From contig JACOXT010000003.1 in the NCBI GenBank assembly GCA_016182235.1, positions 194,209 to 258,208 of the forward strand: 64,000 nucleotides of DNA. Reading direction: 5' to 3'. Positions 17,929 to 25,957 of the stretch are shown here, in pieces. The notes under the pieces are model-generated. The model was given only the letters and a program-made list of their open reading frames with translations. It made no database searches and had not been told where the DNA came from. Both the position numbers and the translations under genes were made by a program. How positions within the stretch are numbered: the first letter of the stretch is position 1; the number at the start of each line of letters is the position of its first letter. The stretch is from Candidatus Levyibacteriota bacterium (GTDB taxonomy: Bacteria > Patescibacteriota > Microgenomatia > Levybacterales > UBA12049).

Positions 17929-19338
17929 ATGGATGAAAACGTACTTTACAAACCGCCAATTCCCGAACAGAAATCTGAAGAGACTCTACCTTCTAAGGAA
18001 GTAGGTTTTCGTGAGACTCCTCCCCCATCCTCCCCGATTCCAATTGCAAAAATCCTTAAGATCTTATTGGGATTATTCGTTATTGTTTTGGTTGGTTTTT
18101 TGATTTTTGGGTTTTTTATACCCAAGTTTTTTACCGGGCTTAAAAGCGATAGAATTGAAATCACGTATTGGGGATTGGAGAGAGAGCCAGAGGTACTAAG
18201 CACAATAATTTCTGACTTTGAGGCAAAATATCCTCAGATTAAGATAAATTATATAAAGCAAGATATAGGTCAATATAGGGAAAGGCTTATAGCGCGAATA
18301 GATAATGGGACAGGACCAGATATTTTTAGATTTCACAATACATGGGTTCCCATGATATCAGCTGTTCTCTTGCCTGTTCCAGAAAACGCTGTATCCAGGG
18401 AAGATTTTTCCAGAAATTTTTATCCTGTTATTAAAGAAGACCTTGTAGTACAGGGCGCAATTTATGGAATTCCTTTAGGAATAGATACGTTAAGTCTTTA
18501 TGTAAATAAAGATCTTTTTAGCGCTTCAGGATTAAATGTTCCTACGACTTGGGTAGATTTCGTGAATTATTCAAGAGCACTTACTGTTAAAGATGAAGAT
18601 AACAAGATAAAAACAGCAGGGGCAGCTATGGGGATATCAAATAATATTGACTATGCTTCGGATATAGTCTCGATGTTAATGGCTCAGAATGGAGTTGACT
18701 TGAAAAATATCTCAGGAAATCTTCCGGCTGCCGCCGATGCATTGAACTTTTATGTTTCTTTTGCGGTAACGCCTGGCAATGTTTGGGATGAGACGCTTGA
18801 TGAATCGCTTAGGGCTTTTGCAAATGGATCATTAGCAATGTATTTTGGTTATGCTAGAGATTATTCTCAAATTAAGGCTATAAATCCAGATCTTCTATTT
18901 GAGATTCATCCTGTTCCTATCCTTTCGGATCGCAATAAAACTATCGCAAGCTATTGGGTAGAAGGCGTATCCTCTAAAACAAAGCATCAGAAAGAAGCGT
19001 TTATTTTTCTAAGATACCTTTCTGACAGAGAAACGGAACTAAAATTATTTGCAGAAGAAGCAAAAACTATGGGCATTGGAGAACCATATGCAAGAAGAGA
19101 TCTTGCGGAAAGTCTCAAAAATAACTCCAAAGTCTATCCATTTTTAGAAGGAGCTAAAAATGCTGTTTCCTCATATTTCGTAGATGGAACATTTGATGAT
19201 GGCATAAATACCAAGATGAACAGCCGTCTTTACTCAGCGATTGAGGTAGTTCTTAAAGGAACATCTCCTGAGTCAGCCGCGGAAACATTCTCAGCTGGAT
19301 TCTCCCAAGTTCTCCAAGAATACCCAATGCCTAAATAA
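17929..19338 (+). CDS. membrane-anchored ABC-transporter solute-binding protein (family 1-like)
   Basis: ATG at 17929 (MDENVLY...) is preferred over the track start at 17878, which overlaps the divergent VanW gene. TM helix, then 'GTGPDIFRFHNTWVP' and 'IPLGIDTLSLYVNKDLF'. Confidence 0.7.
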   Translation: MDENVLYKPPIPEQKSEETLPSKEVGFRETPPPSSPIPIAKILKILLGLFVIVLVGFLIFGFFIPKFFTGLKSDRIEITYWGLEREPEVLSTIISDFEAKYPQIKINYIKQDIGQYRERLIARIDNGTGPDIFRFHNTWVPMISAVLLPVPENAVSREDFSRNFYPVIKEDLVVQGAIYGIPLGIDTLSLYVNKDLFSASGLNVPTTWVDFVNYSRALTVKDEDNKIKTAGAAMGISNNIDYASDIVSMLMAQNGVDLKNISGNLPAAADALNFYVSFAVTPGNVWDETLDESLRAFANGSLAMYFGYARDYSQIKAINPDLLFEIHPVPILSDRNKTIASYWVEGVSSKTKHQKEAFIFLRYLSDRETELKLFAEEAKTMGIGEPYARRDLAESLKNNSKVYPFLEGAKNAVSSYFVDGTFDDGINTKMNSRLYSAIEVVLKGTSPESAAETFSAGFSQVLQEYPMPK

Positions 19339-19347
19339 CTATAGGGC

Positions 19348-19375
19348 TTGACAATATGGATTTTCATGGTAAAAT
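19348..19375 (+). promoter_or_regulatory. sigma70-like promoter (TTGACA-16-TAAAAT)
   Basis: TTGACA at 19348-19353 and TAAAAT at 19370-19375, directly upstream of the T-box leader. Confidence 0.5.
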
Positions 19376-19643
19376 TGTTTTACAATCTAAAATAAAAGCG
19401 TTTGAGTCTACAGCAGTAGACAAGCTGCATGGGGTGAAGGCTTTGCTTTACCATGACGGAAGTCTAACCGTAATTAGGACAAAGCGTGTCGGCAACGGAG
19501 CGCTAGAATAATGAGCGTTAGCTTATAAGTCTGTTGTCCACCGAAAGGTGGATTTTTATAAGCTTTCGAAAGCAAGGTGGTACCACGGGAATTCCCGTCC
19601 TTGAGTTTCTGAAAAATTGGAACTCAGAGACGGGTTTTTTTTG
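19376..19643 (+). promoter_or_regulatory. T-box riboswitch leader (antiterminator/terminator switch)
   Basis: Canonical antiterminator: CAAGG [UGGUACC bulge] ACGGG-AAUU-CCCGU CCUUG at 19573-19603. T-box core GGTGGTACCACGGG at 19576-19589. A competing terminator lies at 19594-19642. A stem III-like helix is GCTTATAA...TTATAAGC (19521-19562). I could not resolve stem I or the specifier. Confidence 0.75.
19594..19642 (+). terminator. intrinsic terminator of the T-box leader
   Basis: CCCGTCCTTGAGTT (19594-19607) pairs with AACTCAGAGACGGG (19621-19634), followed by T8 (19635-19642). Confidence 0.75.
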
Positions 19644-19662
19644 TTGGAAAGGATTTAAAATT

Positions 19663-20220
19663 ATGAATAAAGAAATAAAATATGAGGTTTGTACACCAAT
19701 TAATGAGGATGTATTTAATGTTGTTATGCCAACTTCGATAAATGTCAATTGGGCAGAAACAATTTCCGAATGGACAGCTAAATCTGGCGTAATGCTTCCA
19801 AAATCTAAAGAGGAGATTATTTCTTTTTTCGAAGAAGGACATTCAGTAGTAGTTGTAGATAATAAGGGCAGTCTAGTAAGCCACGCAGCGGCGACATTTA
19901 TTTATAGTGACGGTAGCATTGAAGTGGGTGCTATATATACAGTAGATAATCAGAGGGGAAAAGGTGTTGCCACAAAAGCGGTAATTGCGCTTTTAGATCT
20001 TTTGAAACGTAGATATCCAGAAAGAATGATCTTTGCTTTAGCTAATTCAAATAGCGCCCCCTTATTTAAAAAATTGGGCGCTACTGAGATGGAGACTACA
20101 GAGTTAAGTAAGGAGGTTTGGGAACCGTGCAAACAGTGCCCTAAAAATCCACTACTTAAAGACATGAAGTATAAGATTTTTAGTTGTTGTGACACTCCAT
20201 ATAACTTAACAAATATTTAA
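19663..20220 (+). CDS. GNAT family N-acetyltransferase with C-terminal Cys-rich tail
   Basis: ATG at 19663 with GGAAAGGA upstream. The track start at 19534 runs through the leader. 'VDNQRGKGVATKAV' is the acetyl-CoA loop. The tail is 'CKQCPK...SCCDTPY'. Confidence 0.8.
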   Translation: MNKEIKYEVCTPINEDVFNVVMPTSINVNWAETISEWTAKSGVMLPKSKEEIISFFEEGHSVVVVDNKGSLVSHAAATFIYSDGSIEVGAIYTVDNQRGKGVATKAVIALLDLLKRRYPERMIFALANSNSAPLFKKLGATEMETTELSKEVWEPCKQCPKNPLLKDMKYKIFSCCDTPYNLTNI

Positions 20221-20221
20221 T

Positions 20222-21319
20222 ATGAAACACATATCTATCCTGAGAGAATTGTTAAAAATTGAATCCGTTTCTGGTAAAGAATTTCACATATTGGATTATA
20301 TTTTTAAGAAGATTAAGGCATTAGGCTTAAGAGCTTTTTTCGTACAAGGAAATCTTGTAGTAAAGATTAACGGAAGGGATTCTTCAAAGGCTTTAATATT
20401 TAACGCACATGTAGATACGGTGAGCCCTGGGAATGTAAGCATATGGGAATATCCTCCTTTTGAGGGATCATTTATAGACAATAAAATGTATGGACTTGGC
20501 GCAAGCGATGAAAAAGCAACAATTGCAGCTTTTCTTATTCTGGCAGATGTATTTAGATCTACTGTTCCATCTTGTGATATATGGTTGAGTTTTGTAGTCA
20601 AAGAGGAAGTTGATGGTACAGGATCAAAAAGATTTTTGCAATGGTTTTCTAAAAATGAAAAGAAAAAATATAAAACTATTGCTGGTATTTTGGGTGAACC
20701 GACAGGATTAAAACAGATTGAGATTGCTCATAAGGGTAATATATTTATTAAAATTAAGATTATAGGGGATAGTGGGCATGCTTCAAATCCTACAAAAATT
20801 AAAAACCATGCTGTACTTAAAATGTATGATTTTGCAAAGAAATTGGAAAATTTAGGAAGAGAATGGGGCATAAAGTATTCAGATAAGTTATTAGGTAGTC
20901 CAACAATTGGGATTATAACCTCAATTTCAGCGGGAAATACGGAGAGTCCAAATAAATTCCCAGATTCGTGTATAGCAACGTTTGACATCAGGACAACTCC
21001 CAGACTTCATAAGATTGCATTGAAAGAAATAAAAGATTTAGATAAGCATGCAAAAATAGAATATATTTATTCTCCTGTTCCTTACGGCTATACTAATAAA
21101 TCAGAAAAAATAGTAAGGATCGTACAAGGAATTACAGGAGCACAAATAGCTATATCTCAGTCGTCAAATGATTTATATTTCTTTACCAGAGCCAATATTC
21201 CTGCAGTAGTTTTTGGCCCTGGAGAAAAAGATTATATTCATAAACAAAATGAATATTGTTATGCAGATAAGATATTGCAGTGTATAAATTTTTATAAGAA
21301 GATTGTAGAGGATTTTTGA
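20222..21319 (+). CDS. M20 family metallo-deacylase (ArgE/DapE-like)
   Basis: 'FNAHVDTVSPG', 'GLGASDEK' and 'VVKEEVDGTGS' are the M20 metal-binding blocks. It starts 1 nt after the GNAT stop. Confidence 0.85.
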   Translation: MKHISILRELLKIESVSGKEFHILDYIFKKIKALGLRAFFVQGNLVVKINGRDSSKALIFNAHVDTVSPGNVSIWEYPPFEGSFIDNKMYGLGASDEKATIAAFLILADVFRSTVPSCDIWLSFVVKEEVDGTGSKRFLQWFSKNEKKKYKTIAGILGEPTGLKQIEIAHKGNIFIKIKIIGDSGHASNPTKIKNHAVLKMYDFAKKLENLGREWGIKYSDKLLGSPTIGIITSISAGNTESPNKFPDSCIATFDIRTTPRLHKIALKEIKDLDKHAKIEYIYSPVPYGYTNKSEKIVRIVQGITGAQIAISQSSNDLYFFTRANIPAVVFGPGEKDYIHKQNEYCYADKILQCINFYKKIVEDF

Positions 21320-21382
21320 ACTAGGATTACTATATTTCTAAAATCATTACATTACTTTATAGTATAATCTGTGGTTAGAAGA

Positions 21383-22399
21383 ATGAAATATAATTTGGTG
21401 GTTTGTGGGGGGACGTTTGATCATTTTCATAAAGGGCATGAAGAATTTTTAAGATTTTCGCTCTCTCATGGAAATAATCTTATTATTGGTTTAACAAGCG
21501 ATGAATACGTTAGAAAGTCAAAAGTCAAAGATCAAAAGTCAAAACTTATAGAATTATATGAAGAGAGAAAAATTTCTCTCTTAAACTTCTTAAAACAGGA
21601 AAGGATTCTAGATAGGGTAAAAATAGTAAAAATAGAGGATGTTTTTGGACCAACGCTTGATAAAAGTTTACAAATAGATGCAATTGTTGTATCCAAAAAT
21701 ACAGTTCCTGGTGCAGAACTAATCAATTCTAAAAGAAAAGAACTAGGACTTAAAGAAATTGAGGTTCTTATTGCCCCATCGGTTAGGGGAGAGGATGGAA
21801 AGCTTATATCTTCAAGACAAATTAGAGATGGAGAAATCGATACGGATGGAAAAACTTTTATCAATCCAGCATTTCTCAGAAAGCCATTATTTCTTCCTAA
21901 GGACTTGAGGTATGCTCTTAAAAAACCATTTGGAAATTTAATCTATGATCTTTCGAAATATCAGAGCCAATTCAAGCTAGATTTAGTTGCGACAGTTGGA
22001 GATGTAACTACAAAAAAGTTTAATGATTTAAAGATAATACATAAGATTTCCGTTATAGATTTTAATGTTGGAAGAAAAAAAATATTTTCAAAACTGGATG
22101 AATTGGACTTCCCAGACTTAACTTCTAAAAGTATAATATTTAAAATCAAAAATCCTCCTAGTAACATTACGCCTTTGCTCTTTAAAGCTTGCCAGAAGGC
22201 ATGGGGGAAGAATAATGAGCTTATTATTTTAATTGATGGAGAAGAAGATCTAGCGGTTTTGCCACTTGTTTTGACTGCCCCTTTGGGGACAAATATTTTT
22301 TATGGGCAGCCGAATGAAGGAGTTGTAAGGGTTGAAGTTACAGAAGAATGTAAGGGAAGGGCTTACGATTTGGTAAGTAGGTTCAAAGTGTTGTCTTGA
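21383..22399 (+). CDS. fusion of archaeal-type phosphopantetheine adenylyltransferase and DUF359 (GTP-dependent dephospho-CoA kinase-like) domains
   Basis: N-terminal: 'VVCGGTFDHFHKGHEEFL', 'IGLTSDEY', 'IEDVFGP' and 'AIVVSKNTVPGAELIN' (COG1019-type PPAT). C-terminal: 'VATVGDVTTKKF', 'VIDFNVGRKK', 'IDGEEDLAVLPLVL' and 'YGQPNEGVV' (DUF359/COG1909 pattern). The start is ATG 21383 or GTG 21371. Confidence 0.7.
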   Translation: MKYNLVVCGGTFDHFHKGHEEFLRFSLSHGNNLIIGLTSDEYVRKSKVKDQKSKLIELYEERKISLLNFLKQERILDRVKIVKIEDVFGPTLDKSLQIDAIVVSKNTVPGAELINSKRKELGLKEIEVLIAPSVRGEDGKLISSRQIRDGEIDTDGKTFINPAFLRKPLFLPKDLRYALKKPFGNLIYDLSKYQSQFKLDLVATVGDVTTKKFNDLKIIHKISVIDFNVGRKKIFSKLDELDFPDLTSKSIIFKIKNPPSNITPLLFKACQKAWGKNNELIILIDGEEDLAVLPLVLTAPLGTNIFYGQPNEGVVRVEVTEECKGRAYDLVSRFKVLS

Positions 22400-22421
22400 A
22401 TGCAGGTAATACTAGAGGGCA

Positions 22422-22450
22422 TTGACAAGTAGGCTAATTTGCTATATATT
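22422..22450 (+). promoter_or_regulatory. sigma70-like promoter of greA (TTGACA-17-TATATT)
   Basis: TTGACA at 22422-22427 and TATATT at 22445-22450. Confidence 0.5.
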
Positions 22451-22502
22451 TGCGGTACTCACCTCCTTTTAACAACAGGAGGCTTTATTTTATTAGTTTG
22501 AA

Positions 22503-22973
22503 ATGGATAAAAATAAGAAAATATATTTGACGAAAGAAGGCTTAGCTGAGCTAAAAAAAGAGTACGACGAGCTTGTGAATAAAAAAAGACCAGATGTCTT
22601 AACAAGGGTTACCCAGGCCCGGAACATGGGAGATTTGTCGGAGAACGCGGAGTACGTTTCCGCAAGAGAGGAATTGACCTTTATAGACGGTAGAATTGAT
22701 GAGCTTGAAATTTTGTTAAAACAGGCTGTTGTGATAAGAGATAGTAAAACATCAAATCATGCTGTAAAATTGGGCTCAACAGTAACTTTAAAAGTTGATG
22801 GTAATGAAGAAGTTTTTACTCTCGTTGGGGAATGGGAGGCAGACCCAATAAATAAAAAAATTTCCCACGAGTCTCCTCTTGGAAAAGTTTTAATTGGCAA
22901 AAAAGTTGGGGAAAAAGTTCAAGTCGAAGCCCCTGCTGGAAAGCTAATTTACACTATTGCTAGCGTCAAATAA
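22503..22973 (+). CDS. greA: transcription elongation factor GreA
   Basis: 'LTKEGLAELKKEYDEL', 'GDLSENAEYVSAREE' and 'ISHESPLGKVLIGKKVGE' are present. Confidence 0.95.
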   Translation: MDKNKKIYLTKEGLAELKKEYDELVNKKRPDVLTRVTQARNMGDLSENAEYVSAREELTFIDGRIDELEILLKQAVVIRDSKTSNHAVKLGSTVTLKVDGNEEVFTLVGEWEADPINKKISHESPLGKVLIGKKVGEKVQVEAPAGKLIYTIASVK

Positions 22974-22974
22974 T

Positions 22975-23625
22975 TTAGTTAAATAAGGATCTAATTATAG
23001 AAAAAGCATTATTGGCATCTTTATCTTCAAATACAAGAGTAAATTCAGAAATAGTAGAAATAATCTCAATAATATTTACGCCTTCCCAAGCAAGCGACTT
23101 TAAGAAAAAATAAAAGATTCCGGGAGTAAAAGTTGCTTCTGTTGGAAGTCTAATCGTGATTAAGGAAAGGCCGTGAAATTCAGACACTATAGTTTTATCT
23201 TTTAGTCGTTTCTTGATATCTGTATAAAGATTTCTACTTGCAACAATAGTTGTTTCCAACGCCCCTTCAGTCAAAGAAAAAAAATACTCTCTTTTTAATC
23301 CAGATAGCTCTAGTTGATTAGCATATTTATTGATTAAGTTTTTGGAATGATTTATGTTGATGATCATTAAATTTGATCTCATTATCATTTCTGGTGAATC
23401 TTTGAAAATATTTTTATAACTAAAGCTTGGTTTAGGAGTTTCTAGAAGTCGATTTATAGCCATAATAATGGCTGATTTACTCGTTTTTTTAATCAACATC
23501 TCTTCAAGCTCTGGTTTTATATAAAGAGCAAGCGCTGAGATATTAATAATTCCTTTTTCAAGAGCTTCCTGTAAATATCGCGATCGCTTTATAATTTTTT
23601 GTGTACCCTCACTGACGGTAATCAT
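22975..23625 (-). CDS. hypothetical protein with possible C-terminal ACT-like domain
   Basis: 216-aa ORF convergent with greA. The C-terminal 'LITIRLP...GIFYFFLKSLAWEGVNIIEIISTISEFTLVFED' resembles ACT-type repeats. This is a weak call. Confidence 0.4.
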   Translation of the reverse strand: MITVSEGTQKIIKRSRYLQEALEKGIINISALALYIKPELEEMLIKKTSKSAIIMAINRLLETPKPSFSYKNIFKDSPEMIMRSNLMIININHSKNLINKYANQLELSGLKREYFFSLTEGALETTIVASRNLYTDIKKRLKDKTIVSEFHGLSLITIRLPTEATFTPGIFYFFLKSLAWEGVNIIEIISTISEFTLVFEDKDANNAFSIIRSLFN

Positions 23626-23673
23626 GTTAAAATTTTAACATAACCAATTGATTTTATCAATTTTTATATTTAA

Positions 23674-23701
23674 TTGACATTAAGAACAGTTTTGTTACAA
23701 T
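23674..23701 (+). promoter_or_regulatory. sigma70-like promoter (TTGACA-16-TACAAT) giving a near-leaderless kbl mRNA
   Basis: TTGACA at 23674-23679 and TACAAT at 23696-23701. The kbl ATG lies at 23712, about 4 nt after the expected transcription start. Confidence 0.45.
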
Positions 23702-23711
23702 TTGAAAAAGT

Positions 23712-24908
23712 ATGGATAGCTCTCTTTTCTATAAAAAGCTAGAAAAAATTACAGCATCGGGAATTTCCCCTCGAGTAATACAATCTGGTCAAGGAGCATA
23801 TCTAGTTATTAAAGGCAAAAAACAATTAAATTTTTGCTCCAGTCATTATTTAGGTTTAGCCGTAGATCATAGACTCAAGAAAGCAGCTATAAGTGCTATA
23901 GATAAATATGGAATCGGAACAGGATATCGAACCCTTGCTGGTACACATACTCTTCATTTAGAACTTGAAAAAGCGATTGCTAAATTTAAAAAAACAGAAG
24001 CTGCAGTTGTTCTTTCCAGTGCCTATATGGCTAATTGCGCTGCTATTCAAACAATTTTAGGTAAAGAAGACATTGTTGTTTCTGACGAACTGAATCACGC
24101 TTCAATAATTGACGCTGTGAAGCTTTCGCAAGTCAAAAATAAATTTATTTACAAACATGTTGATACAAAAAGTTTGGAAGATCAGTTAAAACAAGCTTCA
24201 AAATTGGCTTTAACGCCAAAATCAGATGGAGAAAAACCAATTATTTTAATAATAACAGATGGAGTATTTTCTATGGATGGGGATTTGGCGCCACTTCCCG
24301 AAATTGTTAAACTTGCTAAAAAATATAATGCTCTAACTATGGTTGATGATGCTCATGGTGAAGGAGTTTTGGGCAAAGGAGGCAGAGGAATTGTTGATCA
24401 TTTTGGACTTTTAGGACAAGTAGATATTGAAGTTGGAAGTCTTTCAAAAGCATTTTCCGTAACAGGTGGGTTTATTGCAGGAAAGAAAGTATTAATTGAA
24501 TTTTATAATCAAAAAGCAAGACAAAGGCTTTTTTCGATTGCTTTAACAATTCCTGATGCGGCAGCTGCTTTGGAGGCTGTTAATATTCTTCAGAAATCAG
24601 ATACTGTGGTTAAAAAGTTATGGGATAATGTGAATTATTTAAAATCAGAATTTAAGAAATTGGGTTTTGATATTGGGAAAAGTGAAACACCAATTATTCC
24701 AATTATGCTGCATGATGAAAACCTGGCTATTAATTTCAGTACAAAACTTTTTGAACTTGGAGTCTTTGCAACACCAATTAAATTTCCTATGGTTTCTAAA
24801 GGCAAAGCAAGAATTCGTGTGATTCCATCAGCGTCTCATTCAAAAGAAGATTTAGATCTTGGCATAAAAGCATTTGAAAAAATAGGACGAAAGCTGAATG
24901 TGATATAA
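23712..24908 (+). CDS. kbl: glycine C-acetyltransferase (2-amino-3-ketobutyrate CoA ligase)
   Basis: Alpha-oxoamine synthase family: '[10 protein letters not shown]', '[10 protein letters not shown]' and the PLP-lysine block 'GSLSKAF'. Pairing with the threonine dehydrogenase gene favours Kbl over BioF. Confidence 0.8.
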   Translation: MDSSLFYKKLEKITASGISPRVIQSGQGAYLVIKGKKQLNFCSSHYLGLAVDHRLKKAAISAIDKYGIGTGYRTLAGTHTLHLELEKAIAKFKKTEAAVVLSSAYMANCAAIQTILGKEDIVVSDELNHASIIDAVKLSQVKNKFIYKHVDTKSLEDQLKQASKLALTPKSDGEKPIILIITDGVFSMDGDLAPLPEIVKLAKKYNALTMVDDAHGEGVLGKGGRGIVDHFGLLGQVDIEVGSLSKAFSVTGGFIAGKKVLIEFYNQKARQRLFSIALTIPDAAAALEAVNILQKSDTVVKKLWDNVNYLKSEFKKLGFDIGKSETPIIPIMLHDENLAINFSTKLFELGVFATPIKFPMVSKGKARIRVIPSASHSKEDLDLGIKAFEKIGRKLNVI

Positions 24909-24917
24909 TAATTTATT

Positions 24918-25883
24918 ATGGCAGAAATAGAAAATAAAATTCTGGTAACCGGAGCATTCGGACAAATTGGATCAGAATTAGTTCCTGCGCTTCAGCAAAA
25001 ACATGGTAAAGATAATGTCGTTGCAATGGGACACAGGAATATTCCTTCCCGTTTTGATGGAATTCTTGAAAAAGCAGATCCTAGAAATATATCAGATATT
25101 GAAAAAATCATAAAAGATCATAATATACTTACAATTTATCACCTTGTTTCTCTTCTTTCCGTAACAGGAGAAAAAGACCCTGGATTAACTTGGGATATTA
25201 ACATGAATGGTCTTATCAATATTCTTGATCTTGCTGTTAAATATCAGAACAGAGTATTTTGGCCAAGCTCAATAGCGGCATTTGGCCCTACAACTCCGCA
25301 GGACAACACTGCGCAAAAAACAGTTCTGGAGCCAACTACAATGTATGGAGCAACCAAAGTAGCAGGAGAAAACCTGTGCAGATATTATTTTATTACGTAC
25401 GGTTTGGATATAAGATCTATAAGATACCCAGGATTGATTAGCTGGAAAGCAGAACCCGGAGGAGGAACTACGGATTATGCTGTAGCTATTTTTTATGACG
25501 GATTAAGAAAGGGAGAATATAACTGTTTTGTTAGGAAAGATACAGTTTTGCCTATGATGTATATGGATGATGCAATTCGCGGGACAGTTGAGCTTATGGA
25601 TGCTGATTTAGATGTTGCTAAAAGAAGAGAGGCAAGAGATTGGGATAGCTATAATTTAGCCGCAATTAGTTTTCAAGCTCAGGAGCTTGCAGAAGAACTA
25701 AAAAAACACATTCCGAATCTTAAGGTTGAATATAATCCAGATCACAGACAAGCAATTGCTGATTCCTGGCCTAACTCAATTGACGATTCGTTAGCAAGAA
25801 GTGAGTGGGGATGGAAACATGAATTTGATCTTCCCAAGATGACAAAAGTCATGGTTGACAACCTCAGGAAAAATTCGATATAA
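24918..25883 (+). CDS. tdh: L-threonine 3-dehydrogenase, SDR/epimerase-type
   Basis: 'ILVTGAFGQIGSEL', 'YGATKVAGE' (YxxxK) and 'TDYAVAIF' are typical of the short-chain TDH found next to kbl. Confidence 0.8.
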   Translation: MAEIENKILVTGAFGQIGSELVPALQQKHGKDNVVAMGHRNIPSRFDGILEKADPRNISDIEKIIKDHNILTIYHLVSLLSVTGEKDPGLTWDINMNGLINILDLAVKYQNRVFWPSSIAAFGPTTPQDNTAQKTVLEPTTMYGATKVAGENLCRYYFITYGLDIRSIRYPGLISWKAEPGGGTTDYAVAIFYDGLRKGEYNCFVRKDTVLPMMYMDDAIRGTVELMDADLDVAKRREARDWDSYNLAAISFQAQELAEELKKHIPNLKVEYNPDHRQAIADSWPNSIDDSLARSEWGWKHEFDLPKMTKVMVDNLRKNSI

Positions 25884-25957
25884 AATAAACCGCACGTAAT
25901 CTCTAACATATTTATTAATATTTGTGTGGAATTTAGGTTTACAGTATACTATCCAAT

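Noticed and set aside
19460-19466. Assigning the T-box specifier as GUC (Val), AAG (Lys) or UCU (Ser) from the GGAAGUCUAA segment.
   Set aside because: I could not build a convincing stem I, K-turn or specifier loop by eye. The base after GUC is U rather than the usual purine. The UGGU bulge argues against Ser (G73) but does not separate Val from Lys. The identity is left open.
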